Shown here: positions 10,064-21,354 of the stretch, one piece after another
How the letters are laid out: every line of letters begins with the position of its first letter
Position numbering within the stretch: the stretch's first letter is position 1
DNA from: Hyaloraphidium curvatum SAG 235-1
Taxonomy: Eukaryota > Fungi > Monoblepharomycota
DNA length: 64,000 nucleotides
Assembly (NCBI GenBank): GCA_025558095.1
Contig: JAIVFI010000012.1
Coordinates: 248,001-312,000 of the forward strand
Reading direction: 5' to 3'
Notes under the pieces: generated by a model
The model's input: only the letters and a program-made list of their open reading frames with translations
What the model was told of the DNA's origin: nothing
Databases searched by the model: none
Position numbers and translations under genes: made by a program

Positions 10064-11246
10064 TCACGCGGCGCACACCACCACGCTCTTCCACTGCATC
10101 GCCCCCACTCCCTCCTCCACCCACCCAGGCTCGTTCCCCACCGGCAGCGCGATCGCCAGCCCCGCGAACCCCTCGTGCGTCAGCTTGGCCGTCTGCCCCC
10201 ACGCCGCGCCGCCCTCGGGCACCGGAAGCGTGTAGCGCGCGTACGAGTCCGCGTCCGAGTACAGGACCACGTTCGCGGGGGTGCGGAGGGAGACCGAGTG
10301 CAGGGTGACGTTGGCGGGGGGGTCCGAGGGGGAGGCGAGGGAGAGGGTGAGGAGGGTGAGGGAGGAGGAGGAGAGGTCCAGGGTCAGGGGGGGGAGGGAG
10401 AGGGAGGAAAGGGTGGTGCCGTTGCTGGAGAGGCATGGGATGAGGTCTGCGGGTCGCGGGGGGGTGAGCGGGTGCAGCGAGAGGGAGGGCAACGGGCCCA
10501 CCGATGCAGGTCTTGCCGGATAGCTGGAAGGCGGTGCAATTCGGGTTCCTGCAGGGCAGAATCGTCAGTCAGGGAAGCAAGGAGGGGTGCGGCAGGGCGG
10601 CGCACCATGTGCCGTCGTCCGGGCTGCATGCCACCAGGGTGGCCGTCTGCGTCGAAACGGAGGTTGTCGTGGTAGTCGAAGAGAACGTCGTGGTGGTGGA
10701 GAGCACGGCGGTGCTTGTGCTCGTCTCCACGACGGTCGAGGTGGAGAGAAGAGTGTCCGTTGTGGTGCTCAGAACCACCGAAGTCGAAGTGGCGAGGACC
10801 GTCGAGGTCGCGAGGACCGTCGAGGTCAACGGCACGACCGAGGTGATGACGGAGGTTGCCGTCGAAGTGGTGAGCACGGTCTGCGTCGTGGGCACGACCT
10901 TCGTCGAGGTGACGACGCTCGAAACCGTGGTGAAGACGGTCTTCTTCCTCAGGCAGAGGGTCTGCACGACGAGCACCGTCTTCCTGACTGTCTTGGTCGT
11001 CCGCGCCGTGGAGGTGACGGAGGTGGTGGAGGTGGTGAAGCGCGTGACGGTCTTGCGGACCGTCTTTGTGGTGAGGACCGTTCTGGTTTTCGTGGCCAGC
11101 TGCCGCGGGAGCAGCCTGCGGGCGGCCGGGACGTCCGGGGCGGCGTCTGCCGGGCTGACCTCCCCGACGGGGCGGCCGGGCAAGGCGGTGGCGGCGGCCA
11201 GCAGCGCCGAGAGCGCGAGGAGGAGCAGCGCGGTGCGGGGCAACAT
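10064..11246 (-). CDS. Secreted Thr/Val-rich mucin/adhesin-like protein with Cys-containing C-terminal domain, 3 exons
   Basis: Signal peptide MLPRTALLLLALSALLAAATA; long T/V/S tract. Introns 10549-10605 and 10447-10501 give continuous ...ACSPDDGTWNPNCTAFQLSGKTCIDLIPCLSS...VVCAA*. Confidence 0.75.
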
Positions 11247-11757
11247 GGCGGCGCGGATCCGGCGCGGCCGAGGGCGGGGAGGCGGGGAAGCTGCGGTGCC
11301 GGGCGGAGCACGCGGAAGATAACACGGGGCGAGGCTCGCGGTCCGCGTCCGTGGATTTCTTCGAGTTGATTTTGGAATGTGTTAGGATCGGAGGGTCGGG
11401 CTGGGGCGGCTGGGTGGTGCCGCAACGTGACTCGCCGGCACAAACAGAGGCGAATCCCGCCTGCCGCCCGGCGGGCTATCGACCGGAGGGTCCTAAGCAC
11501 GGTCCGACCTTCGGGTTGGGGCTGCCGGCGCCATTCCGGGCGCGGGAAGGCGGATCCTGCGACACAGCCCGCTGAATCACACGAACCGTCGCGTCGGCCA
11601 GTCGGGCATTCCCCTCGCCCTTCCGCACAAACAGAACGTTCCGTTATCGCGGATCTCGCGCGCGCACCGGCTCCATATCAGCCGTCTCTCCTCCAGGCCC
11701 GCTTAAACGGCCGGGCGCTCTCCGCCGACCGAACTGCTGCCCGCGGCCGCCGCCCGA

Positions 11758-14021
11758 ATGCGCGGCCGGTCCTCCTTCCGAACGGCCGTCAGCGGCCGCC
11801 GCCCCCTCCTGCTCGCCCTCGCCGCGCTCCTCGCGCTGTCCGCGCTCGCCGCCGCGCAGGACGCCGAGTGGGTCGACCCGCCCGCGCCCGCCGTGCGCGT
11901 CCTGTACTTCGACGGCTGGGGCACCGCCTCGCCGAACGCGGCGGACAACACCGACATGCTCTCCGACATCGCCTGGAACTGCGCCAACATTCCCACCCCG
12001 CCGGGCCAGCCGTGCAAGGTCATCTTCCAGACCCCCGGCGTGTACAGGTTCAACAAGCCCGTGCCGGGCGTGCTGCTCCAGTTCCTGCAGGACTTTGAGC
12101 TCGACGGCGGGGGTAGCACCTTCCTCTTCGGCCGCGACGCCATTATCCAGCCCAACGGCGGCAGTCCGCCCATGTTCTTCTTTCAGAACTGTCTGAGGTG
12201 CAAGTTCCATAACTTCAAAGTGGATTGGGGTCTGTATTCGCGCGGGGCCTCTTCTTGGCACCTCCTGACCTCGCTCCGGCCTTGCCATTGCAGACTGGGA
12301 CCGCTGGCACCTCGCCTCGGTCGTCACCGTCCGCGCCGCCACCCCCCGCTCCTGGACCCTCTCCTTCGACGATTACCTTGCCGTCAACACGAGCAACCAT
12401 TACGCCTACCAGGTCCTTACGCAGCTCGACCCCGCGACCGGGAGCATGGGCGTGCGCGACGGGAACGAGTACTTCCTCTCGGGCGCGGTGGGCTCGGTGG
12501 GGATGGTGAACGCGACGCTGCCACCCGATGCCGCGGTGCCGGACGTGGGGGACGTCACGGTCGCGCCGGACGGGGAGGACAACGAGCTCGTATTCTCGCT
12601 CAACTGGTGCGAAACGCCGTGGGCTGCACCGCGTCCGACCCGTGCTTACCCGCTCATTCGCAGGGACTTCTACCCCGTCCCCGTGGTCGGCACCAAGTAC
12701 CTCCTCCGCCACCTGACCTACGAAGTTCACGGCTTCTACGGCTTCCGGTGCCGGCACTGCACGTGGTCCGACATCACCTTCCGCGGCGTTCCCGGGAAGG
12801 TCTTCGTCATCGGCGAGGGCTCCGACCACCTCAAGTTCGAGCGCATCAGCGTCGTCCGCCAGCCCTGGACCGGTGCTCCTTCCGCGACGGGCCGCACGCT
12901 CCGCCCCATCTCCTCGACCGCGGACGGCATCTTCGTCTCCATGACGGGCGGCTACATCAACGTCACGGACTACGAGTACGGCTGGGGCGGCGACGACTCG
13001 CTCAACGTGCACAACCCCACGGCGGGCAAGGGCTTCGAGGTCCTGGCCCCGCACAAGCTCCGCATAACGGGAGCTCCCGAGTGGCGCATCAAATTCAAGC
13101 TCAAGGACGAGCTGGCGTTCTACATGCCGGACTTCAGCCCCACCGGCTTCTTCGCGCGCGTCACCGACCTCTCTTTCGACGGATCGGCGAGCTACGACCT
13201 CACCCTGAACCGCGAGCTGCCGCCCAAGCTCGTGCAGCTCGCCTCGCGGATCGTCGTCGCGCCCACCCGGCCCCGCGGGAACAACCTGCTCGTGCAGAGG
13301 GCAAACGTGCACCATTCCCGCGCGAGGGGCATGCTCATACAGACCTCGGACGCCACCATCGTCGACTCGACGTTTTCGCACATCCGGCTCGCATGCATTG
13401 CCGTCCGCAGCTCGGCGTGGTGGTACGTACGCCACCTTTCCCCGCATCGCCCGCGCGCTCATGCGTACTTTTTGCAGGCAAGAGGGCTCCGGAAACTCCC
13501 GCGTGCGAATCGAGAACAATACCTTCGAAGCCTGCGGCAAGCAGGGCACCACGCCGGACTCGGGCGCCGTCCGGGTGGACGGCCAAGGAGCGGACGGCAA
13601 CCTGGGCGCCACCTGGCGCCTCAACACGGACCTCTCCGTGCGCAACAATGCGTTCTACGACGTCTCGGGGAGGCTCTTCGATTTGTCGTCGGCGTGGAGG
13701 GCCGTGTTCGAGGGCAACGCCGTGTCGCCCGGGCCGAAGAACGCGTCGCAGCCCGCGACGCCCCCAGGGGCAGGGGAGCCCCTCGGCCCGGGCCAGTCCC
13801 GCGTGGCGGTGTCCAAGGACGTCGTGTTCAGGAACAACACCTACACCCTGCGCAACGCGAGCTGGACGGAGCCGGTGGTGGTGGAGGCGGGGACGACGAG
13901 CAACGTCGCCGTGCTGGGGAACACGGTCGAGGTTTTGGCGCCGGATGCGAGGAGGGCGGCGGTGCAGACGTGGCCCGGGGCGGGGCACCTGGATGTGGGC
14001 GCGCTGTCCCTGGAGTTCTGA
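11758..14021 (+). CDS. Secreted right-handed beta-helix glycoside hydrolase, GH110 (alpha-galactosidase)-like, 3 exons
   Basis: Signal peptide; motifs ISSTADGIF, GGDDSLNVHN, SRARGMLIQT, WQEGSG. Introns 12230-12293 and 13423-13477. Confidence 0.75.
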
Positions 14022-14310
14022 TGATACTGCTCGGAGTTGGTCACCGCTGAGTTGGATACCTTGCCACCCTTTGCTGATGCATCCGCTAGTTGCTGGAGGA
14101 ATGGAAGATACCGAGCATATCCACTGTACCATCTATTTCTGAATACGTTCTGATTATTGGCTGCCGTCGAAGGCTACCGACTCGCATGCAGGTGACGGCC
14201 GGGCCTAGAGAGTCGACCCAGTTTGTTTCTCCGCCCCGCCGACTACCGCCCGGTTCCCCCCGAAGCTTGGACGCCACTTCTGACTCCCTCCGCTCCGGCC
14301 AATCCCGGCC

Positions 14311-15966
14311 ATGGCTGCATCGGCGATGCGCCCCGCCTTCCGCGCTCTCAAGTGGACCTCGGCCCTGGCGGCCCTCGGCGTCGCCTCGGGCACCGCGGCG
14401 CTGACCGTCGAGTTCGGCCCGGATGTCGTGCCGCGGCTCGCGCGGAGCTATTCGGACGCCGTGCCGGCTTTCCTCGCGTACAGAAAGGCGCAGTTTTCCC
14501 ACGAGGACCTCCCGAAGCTGCTCGGGCGGAGCCCGGACGCCGCCGCGGCCGCCGCCGAGTACGCGCGACTGCACGCGGAATGGGCCCCCCGTATGCTGGC
14601 GGCGGCGTTCTCGCTGCGGGGGTTCTATCTGAAAGGAGCGCAGCTGGTGGCGGCCAACTACGGCAACGCCTTCCCGCCGGAGTGGCAGAAAGCTATGGAG
14701 CCTTCTCTTGACAAGATCCCTCACCGCCCCTTCTCGGAAGTCAAATCCATCGTCGAAGCCGAGCTCGGCGGCCCGCTCGAGCTCTCCTTCTCCTCCTTCG
14801 AGGAAGAGCCGTTTGCCTCGGCCTCCATCGGCCAGGTGCACCGCGCGACCCTCCGCTCCGACGGCCGCCGCGTGGCCGTCAAGGTGCAGGACCCCGCGTC
14901 CGAGGCCCAGTTCCGCGGGGACGTGGCAGTAAGCCGGGCGTTTTTCAAGGCGGCGATGCCCGAGTACGCTTCGCAGTTGGACGAGATCGAGAGGCAGTTC
15001 GCTGGCGAGTTCGACTACCGACGGGAGGCGGCGCAGCTCGACCGGGTGCGGCGTAACCTCGCGGAGGGCGGGTTCGGTCCCGAGATTGCTGTGCCGGAAC
15101 CGGTGATGGAGCTGTGCACCAAGAGGGTGCTGACGATGAAGGAGATTGTCGGGGCCGAGAAGCTCACGACGGCGCTCGAAGCCGACCTTGCGAGCTTCGC
15201 CGCCGAGAGAGGGATCACCCCCGCCCAGCTCATCGAGGAAGAGAGGCGGCTTGATGCCGAGGCGCTCGCCAGGGGGGAGCTCCGCTGCGGGCCGGACGCG
15301 GCGACCATGGACAAGCTGATCACCTATCGCCGTTGGCGCAACCGCCTCGGCTGGCTCGTCGGCCTCGCCCCCGTGCACATCCCGCTCAACCACGCGCGCC
15401 TCGTGAACGAGCTGTTCCGCATCCACGGGCACGAGATCTTCGTCGACGGGTACTTCAACGGCGACCCGCACCCGGGCAACCTCCTCGTCGTCCGCGCCCC
15501 GGACGGCGACTTCCGCCGGCTCGCCCTGGTCGACTACGGCCAGGTCAAGAGCCTTCCCCCGGCGGTGCGCACCGACCTCGCCAAGATCATTTTGGCACTC
15601 GCGCGGGCCCGCACCAAGGAGGAAGAGGACGCGGTGGGCCGGATGTTGTCGACCATGGGCCTCGCGACGGAGCGGAACGACCCCGAGGTCCTTTTTAAGC
15701 TCGCGCAGCTGTCGTTCGACAGGGACGACATGCTGGCCACGGCGGGGCGGAACATCATGGCGGTGATGGCCGACCTGGGTAAAAGAGACCCGACAAAGGC
15801 GATAAATGAGGACATGGTGATGGTCGCGAGGTGCTCGCTGATGCTCCGCGGGCTCGGGCACATGTTGGGGCAGCACCGGTCCGGGGCCAAGATGTGGGAG
15901 CCGTTTGCCGAGAGGGTGCTGCGCGAGCGGGGGGTAGAACCGGAGAAGGGCAGCGGCGGGGCGTAG
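14311..15966 (+). CDS. ABC1/UbiB/ADCK atypical kinase
   Basis: GFYLKGAQ, PFASASIGQVHRA, VAVKVQ, EFDYRREA, GYFNGDPHPGN and LVDYG motifs. Confidence 0.93.
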   Translation: MAASAMRPAFRALKWTSALAALGVASGTAALTVEFGPDVVPRLARSYSDAVPAFLAYRKAQFSHEDLPKLLGRSPDAAAAAAEYARLHAEWAPRMLAAAFSLRGFYLKGAQLVAANYGNAFPPEWQKAMEPSLDKIPHRPFSEVKSIVEAELGGPLELSFSSFEEEPFASASIGQVHRATLRSDGRRVAVKVQDPASEAQFRGDVAVSRAFFKAAMPEYASQLDEIERQFAGEFDYRREAAQLDRVRRNLAEGGFGPEIAVPEPVMELCTKRVLTMKEIVGAEKLTTALEADLASFAAERGITPAQLIEEERRLDAEALARGELRCGPDAATMDKLITYRRWRNRLGWLVGLAPVHIPLNHARLVNELFRIHGHEIFVDGYFNGDPHPGNLLVVRAPDGDFRRLALVDYGQVKSLPPAVRTDLAKIILALARARTKEEEDAVGRMLSTMGLATERNDPEVLFKLAQLSFDRDDMLATAGRNIMAVMADLGKRDPTKAINEDMVMVARCSLMLRGLGHMLGQHRSGAKMWEPFAERVLRERGVEPEKGSGGA

Positions 15967-15970
15967 CGCG

Positions 15971-16496
15971 TCAATCGAGCATCTTGGTGACGTTTGCGGG
16001 CAGGATCCGCCCGTACATCCGCTTGGTCACCTTCCTAAAGTACCTCCCGCGGCCCACGAGCGTGCCGATGGTGAGGAGGATCGTCGTGTCTGCCGGGCGC
16101 GGGGCGTGAGCAAACTAAACGCGAACTGGGAAGGATGAGGAACCCACAGATGGGGAACGTGAGGCAGAGGTACGCGATCCTCCAGGTCCACGGACCGCCA
16201 AAGAACGTGCCCTCGCCGGCGATGTAGTTCACCGCCGGGCGCGTGAACTTGACGGCGGAGCTGCCCGTCACGGCAAACACGGTGAAGATGATCGCCCATT
16301 CCTTCGCCCGGGGTCAGCCGGTGCGCCAATCCGGAACCCGGCCAAAGAAAAGTACCTTCCACCAGTCCGTAGAATACCTCGGGTACTCGTTCGGATCCTT
16401 GGGCCCGCCCTGCGAGCCGGAGCCCGGCTTCTCCTCCTGAAGCGCGGGCTGGCCCTGCGGTTTCGACGACGCGGCGCGGCGTGCGGGGCCCGACAT
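15971..16496 (-). CDS. Small membrane protein, DUF6787-like, 3 exons
   Basis: Spliced product MSGPARR...DWWK|EWAIIFTVFAVTGSSAVKFTRP...AYLCLTFPI|YTTILLTIGTLVGRGRYFRK...KMLD*. Second intron 16090-16147. Confidence 0.7.
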
Positions 16497-16822
16497 TCCC
16501 GGCGGTTTCGAGAGGAAAGATAGGGGGCGGGAATTCGGGGGGTATGCGCGGGATAAGGGCGCGGGAGAGGGTCCGAAACAGGGGACGGCGGGAGCCGCGG
16601 AAGGAGCTCGGAAGGCGGCGGGCGGGGCGCGGAGGCGGCCAAAGGCCGGCGGCTGCGCGCTGTGGAGGCCAAAAGACGCGTTGGAAAGGGCGGTTCGGAG
16701 CGCACCGAGGCCGAGTCGCATTTCCCGGCTCAGCGACAAATGCTGGTCGCAGGGGTTCTGAGACAAACAACCGGGCCGCTCGAAAACAACCGATCAGCGC
16801 GATCATCGGCGTCTTCGCGACG

Positions 16823-17944
16823 ATGGCCGACTCCTCCTCCTCCGGGCTCAAGGTCCTGAGCGAGAACAAGCACTTTGGCGGCGTGGTGCGCAAATATGAG
16901 CACGCGTCCGAGGCCTGCGGGTGCGCGATGAAGTTCAACGTCTTCGTCCCGCCGCAAGCCGCGTCGGGCAAGGTGCCCGTGCTGTGGTTCCTGTCGGGGT
17001 TGACGTGCACGGAGGACAACTTCTTCCAGGTTCGTAGCGGGGAGGCCGCGGAGCCGGAGTCCGTCTTTCGGAGGGCTGACGGCCGGGGCAGAAAGCGGGC
17101 GCGTTCCGCAAGGCCGCGGAGCTCGGCATCGCCATCATCGGGCCCGACACGTCACCGCGCGGCGTCAAGATTGAGGGCGACGACGCGAGCTGGGACTTTG
17201 GCGTCGGTGGGTGGCGGCCGGGTTCAGTTTGACACGTCGGGTAGTTGACACGCCATTCGCCCCCATTGTGGACAGCCGCCGGGTTCTACGTGGACGCGAC
17301 CAACCCGCCGTGGTCGTCCAACTACCGGATGTTCACCTATGTGACCCAGGAGCTCTACTCCCTCGTCTCGACGGCACCCGAGTTTGCGTCGTTCGACACC
17401 AAGAGGATGAGCATCACGGGGCACTCGATGGTCCGCTTCCTGCCTGCCGTGGACGGGCGGGAGCTGACCAATCTACGACAGGGCGGCCACGGCGCGCTGA
17501 TCTGCTACCTGAAGACCAAGGAGGCCGGAAAGTGGAAGAGCGTCAGCGCTTTTGCGGTGGGCCGCGACCCCGACCCCTCCCATCCCCTCTGACGTCGTCC
17601 CCGCGCTCCAGCCGATAGTCAACCCCTGCTCGGTCCCGTGGGGCAATAAAGCCTTCACCGGCTACCTCGGCCCCGACCAATCGGCGTGGGCGCAGTACGA
17701 CGCCACGGAGCTGGTCAAGGCCTCCAAGTCGGCCGCGGACCTGGACATCCTGATCGACCAGGGGAGCAAGGACAGCTTCATGCCCGTGAACCTGCAGCCC
17801 GAGGCGTTGGAAAAGGCGGTGACGGAAAAGGGCGGGAAGTGCACTCTGAGGATGCAGGAGGGCTACGATCACTCGTACTGGTTCATCTCGACGTTCATCG
17901 ATGACCACCTGCAGTTTGCCTACGAGAAGCTGGCAAAGCTGTAG
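16823..17944 (+). CDS. ESD: S-formylglutathione hydrolase (esterase D), multi-exon
   Basis: [38 protein letters not shown]|GGHGAL and [16 protein letters not shown]. Confidence 0.95.
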
Positions 17945-18212
17945 GAGAACCCGGCGAGCGTGGGGTCGATCGCGATGAGTGGAGGTCAGCTGAGCTCGTG
18001 CGGCGGCGCTCCCACCGAATAGACATCCATCCTAGATGCTCGATCCATGCTGCTTCATCCGCGGCCGCGCTTCGGTGCCGGCGGTGAGGCGGACGGTCGT
18101 GATGACCCACCTCGAGGACCCGCGGTGCGATCGCACTGCCACAGGGCTCGGCAAACACGCCTTCTCGGATCGCGGGCCAACGAATCGGGGCCGCCACCGC
18201 GCCGGCGTGGCA

Positions 18213-19946
18213 ATGAATTCCCCGCCAGACGCGGCATCGGGCCCGCGGGTGTCGACCGGCGGGTCCGCGGACACGGAGACGGGCGGGAGTCTGCCCGGTT
18301 CCTCGGCATCGGCCGCGACGCTCGGCCCGTATCCGGGCGGCACGGGACCGCCGCCGCTGCCGCTCAACGGACCGCCGATGGAATCGACGTTCGCCTCGGG
18401 GGACGGTGCCGGCGGGCCGGCGGAGAAGCTTTTCCAGGCGGAGGCAGCCGGCACTGCAGCCAATGGGACGGCAAACGGCCTGGCCGCACCGTTGCTCCCG
18501 GCACCCAAGCCTCCCGACGAGGATGTCGACTTTGTGCAGGAGGTCTACAACATCACCAGTGTTTCGACGGCCCACGGCGTGTGGCGCGTCTTCGACAGGA
18601 AGCGCTCCATGGCGAACCGCCTCTGCTGGGCCGTCCTTTGGCTCACGGCCGCCGGGCTGTTCATCACCTATCTCGTGCTCCAGTCGATGTACCTCGCCGA
18701 GTCACCGACGAGCACCCTCATCACCCAGGAGGTCGTCAGCCCCATGCCCTTCCCCGCCGTCTCGATCTGCCTGAGCAGCCTCAACACCTCGCTGATCCGC
18801 GCCTTCGTGCGGCCCATCCCCCCTGGGCCACCCCAGCAACAGCTGGAGACGCTGCTCAACTCGAGCGGCGTGCTGTGCTACTTTGGCTGGCGCACGCTGC
18901 GGCAGCTCTGGAACTCGGACTACTCACTGGGCACCCAGTCGTGCCGCGAGAACGCGACGCTCACCTGGGCGGACTATCCCTTCGCATCGTCGCCGACGCT
19001 CTGCATCACCACCCCGCCGGGCCTCCTGGCGGAGCAGCCCGGCGTCTCGCTGCGGTTCATCGGCCGCCTTCCCTTCCTCGAACCCTTCGACACCGTCACC
19101 TACTCGCTCCGCACCCCGGAATCGCAGATCGAGCCCCTCCTCTCGAACTTTGTCGTCTTTGGCGCCAACACCCGCGTGCGGTTCCAGACCACCATCAGCA
19201 AATCCCTCAAGGAGTGCGATCCCAACCCGGGCGGCCAGCCCGTGTGTTTCTCGCGGTTCCAGCAGCAGTGCATCGAGCGCGCTTGCGACTGCAAGTACCC
19301 CGTCATCGAGCCCGGCATGGCCGAGGAGGACCTGGCGGCGCAGCTCCCCGGTTCCTGCGCGTCCAAGAACCGCGAAGGGACGTGCACGTACCACGACCCA
19401 ATTTTCCCGTGCCCCGACTCGAAGAAGCACCGCAACTGCACCCTCCAGACCCTGTGCGGCCCCACCGAGAGCAAGAAGGCCTGCCCGCTGCCGTCGTGCG
19501 AGGAGACGGACTACCCGCAGGTCGCCTCGCTGTCGCCCATCTCCGAGACGACGTTCGAGGACGTGGCCAACGGCACCGCGGGGACGCTATTCGTGCTTTC
19601 GGTGCTGCTCGAGACGCAGACCGTGACGCTGATCGAGGAGACCGAGGCGTACACGGTGCTCAGCTACCTCGGCGCCGTGGGCGGCATGATGGGCCTGCTG
19701 CTCGGCTTTTCGGTCCTGACCATCCTGGAGTGGTTTGAGGGCTGCTTCCACATCGGGACGAAGGTGGAGGAGATCATCGAGGAGGCGGCGGAGGACGCGG
19801 GGCTGATTTCCGATTCGGACGACGAGGAGGAGGGCAAGGCCGAGGACGTGTTTGCCGGGGTCGAGATGGCCGAGAGGGCGGCGACCGACGTCCCCAAGGC
19901 CGATGAGCCTGTGACGGTGGCCGACCGAGCGGCCACGGTGGCCTGA
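18213..19946 (+). CDS. DEG/ENaC/ASIC-family amiloride-sensitive ion channel subunit (intronless)
   Basis: Pre-TM1 STAHG, TM1, FPAVSIC, Cys-rich thumb, and TM2 YLGAVGGMMGLLLGFSVLTILEWFE with GxS filter. Start codon uncertain: the frame is open from 18036. Confidence 0.9.
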   Translation: MNSPPDAASGPRVSTGGSADTETGGSLPGSSASAATLGPYPGGTGPPPLPLNGPPMESTFASGDGAGGPAEKLFQAEAAGTAANGTANGLAAPLLPAPKPPDEDVDFVQEVYNITSVSTAHGVWRVFDRKRSMANRLCWAVLWLTAAGLFITYLVLQSMYLAESPTSTLITQEVVSPMPFPAVSICLSSLNTSLIRAFVRPIPPGPPQQQLETLLNSSGVLCYFGWRTLRQLWNSDYSLGTQSCRENATLTWADYPFASSPTLCITTPPGLLAEQPGVSLRFIGRLPFLEPFDTVTYSLRTPESQIEPLLSNFVVFGANTRVRFQTTISKSLKECDPNPGGQPVCFSRFQQQCIERACDCKYPVIEPGMAEEDLAAQLPGSCASKNREGTCTYHDPIFPCPDSKKHRNCTLQTLCGPTESKKACPLPSCEETDYPQVASLSPISETTFEDVANGTAGTLFVLSVLLETQTVTLIEETEAYTVLSYLGAVGGMMGLLLGFSVLTILEWFEGCFHIGTKVEEIIEEAAEDAGLISDSDDEEEGKAEDVFAGVEMAERAATDVPKADEPVTVADRAATVA

Positions 19947-20188
19947 GTTGCGGATCTGGCGACGGCCGATCGGGCGGGCACCGCGGCCTGAAGTGCCATT
20001 TCTTTATGGGGATGATGCAAATGCTATTTCTTTGTCTTTCTTGGCATTCGGTAGTTGTTTTGCGGGCAGATTCGGATTCAGGGGGTTTGTCGGGCTGCCG
20101 CATGCTTGACTCGAACCGTCCGCGGAGCGCCTCAGCAGCCATTCACCGCCCGAGGCAACCGGCACCAGCGCTCGTAGCGGACGAGAGC

Positions 20189-21263
20189 ATGAAGTCCATT
20201 TCGGCTTTCGCGACGTGCCTCCTGTTCTTGGCGTTCTCCGCCACGCTTCTTGGCGCGCCCAAGGCCCAAGCCCAGCAGGACCAGTGCTTCCCGGACCGCT
20301 TTCAATGCCAGTTCCCTCCTTCGGGCCCCAGCGCTACTTGCGTCTGTAACGGAGTGACCCTCACGACCCGCACTCTCGTTCAGGTATGTCTCCGGGCTCG
20401 ACCGACAGCATGCGGCCTGCGCTCAGAGGTGGCTTTCGCAGACCGTCTTCGTCTCCAGCACCGCTACTACCGCCTTTTGTACCCTCGTCGTCCCCGTGAC
20501 ATCTTTTGAGACTTCCATTTCAACCATAACGAGCACCTCGACGGCCGTAGTCGACCCCTCGGGGAGCGCAGTAGTGAGTGAAGTGAACCTGCCCTGAGTC
20601 ATCGGTCGCCGATCTCCTCGCGAACGACGGCATGGCCCGCGGGCACTCCTTTTGCTCACTGCTGATACAATTGCCGCTCCAGGTTGTTTCCACGAGCACG
20701 GTTTACCTCCCGAGCACGATTCCGATCACCACGACGGTCGTCGCCCTCCAGAGCACGCTCGTCTGCAACCCGAGCTACGTCTTCACTGTAAAGTGCCGCT
20801 CGAACTCCTTTTCCTATTGCTGATCCTGGTTTCCGCAGTCCACCATCACCAACACGGCCTCCCTTACCTCGTACACAACGCTTTCCCTCGCGACGCTGCC
20901 CAACCAGCCGCCCGTCCTTGTTTCGGGCACCTTGAGCCTCCTCTACACCTCGATCTCGGTGGTCTACGTCACGCAGACGGTGCGTGCCGGCGCGGCAGCA
21001 ACTTTCAGGGTGGTTTCCGTGCTCACAGCGGTCTGCAGGTCCCCACCAACGCACCGACGGCGACGATCACGGTCCCGACCATCATAACGCAGTACATCAC
21101 GGTGACCTCGGCGACGACAACGACTGCCCCGCCGACCTCGCCGACCGGGACGGCAAGCCGGGCCTTCTTCAAGCGCGATTCCGCCCCCGTGGATGGTGCG
21201 AAGGACGGGAACGGGGAGGAGCCGCTCAAGAAGAAGTTCGTCAGGCTTTTCGGGGTCCATTGA
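20189..21263 (+). CDS. Secreted Cys/Thr-rich cell-surface protein, multi-exon
   Basis: Signal peptide MKSISAFATCLLFLAFSATLLG; Cys-rich start; several short GT-AG introns; T/V-rich exons; KR site near the C-terminus. Confidence 0.65.
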
Positions 21264-21354
21264 TGGCCACATTGCCCGGATCTGCCTAGCACTTTCGTGC
21301 GACTCATGTACTATCTTTCCCGCTGTAATCGACTTGTTTCTTTTGCTTCGGTGG

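Noticed and set aside
10504-11322. Val/Glu-rich 272-aa ORF
   Set aside because: Antisense mirror of the Thr-rich secreted gene.
11758-14142. 794-aa single ORF
   Set aside because: Only the first exon is real; the frame reads through an intron into low-complexity sequence, whereas splicing yields a coherent beta-helix enzyme.
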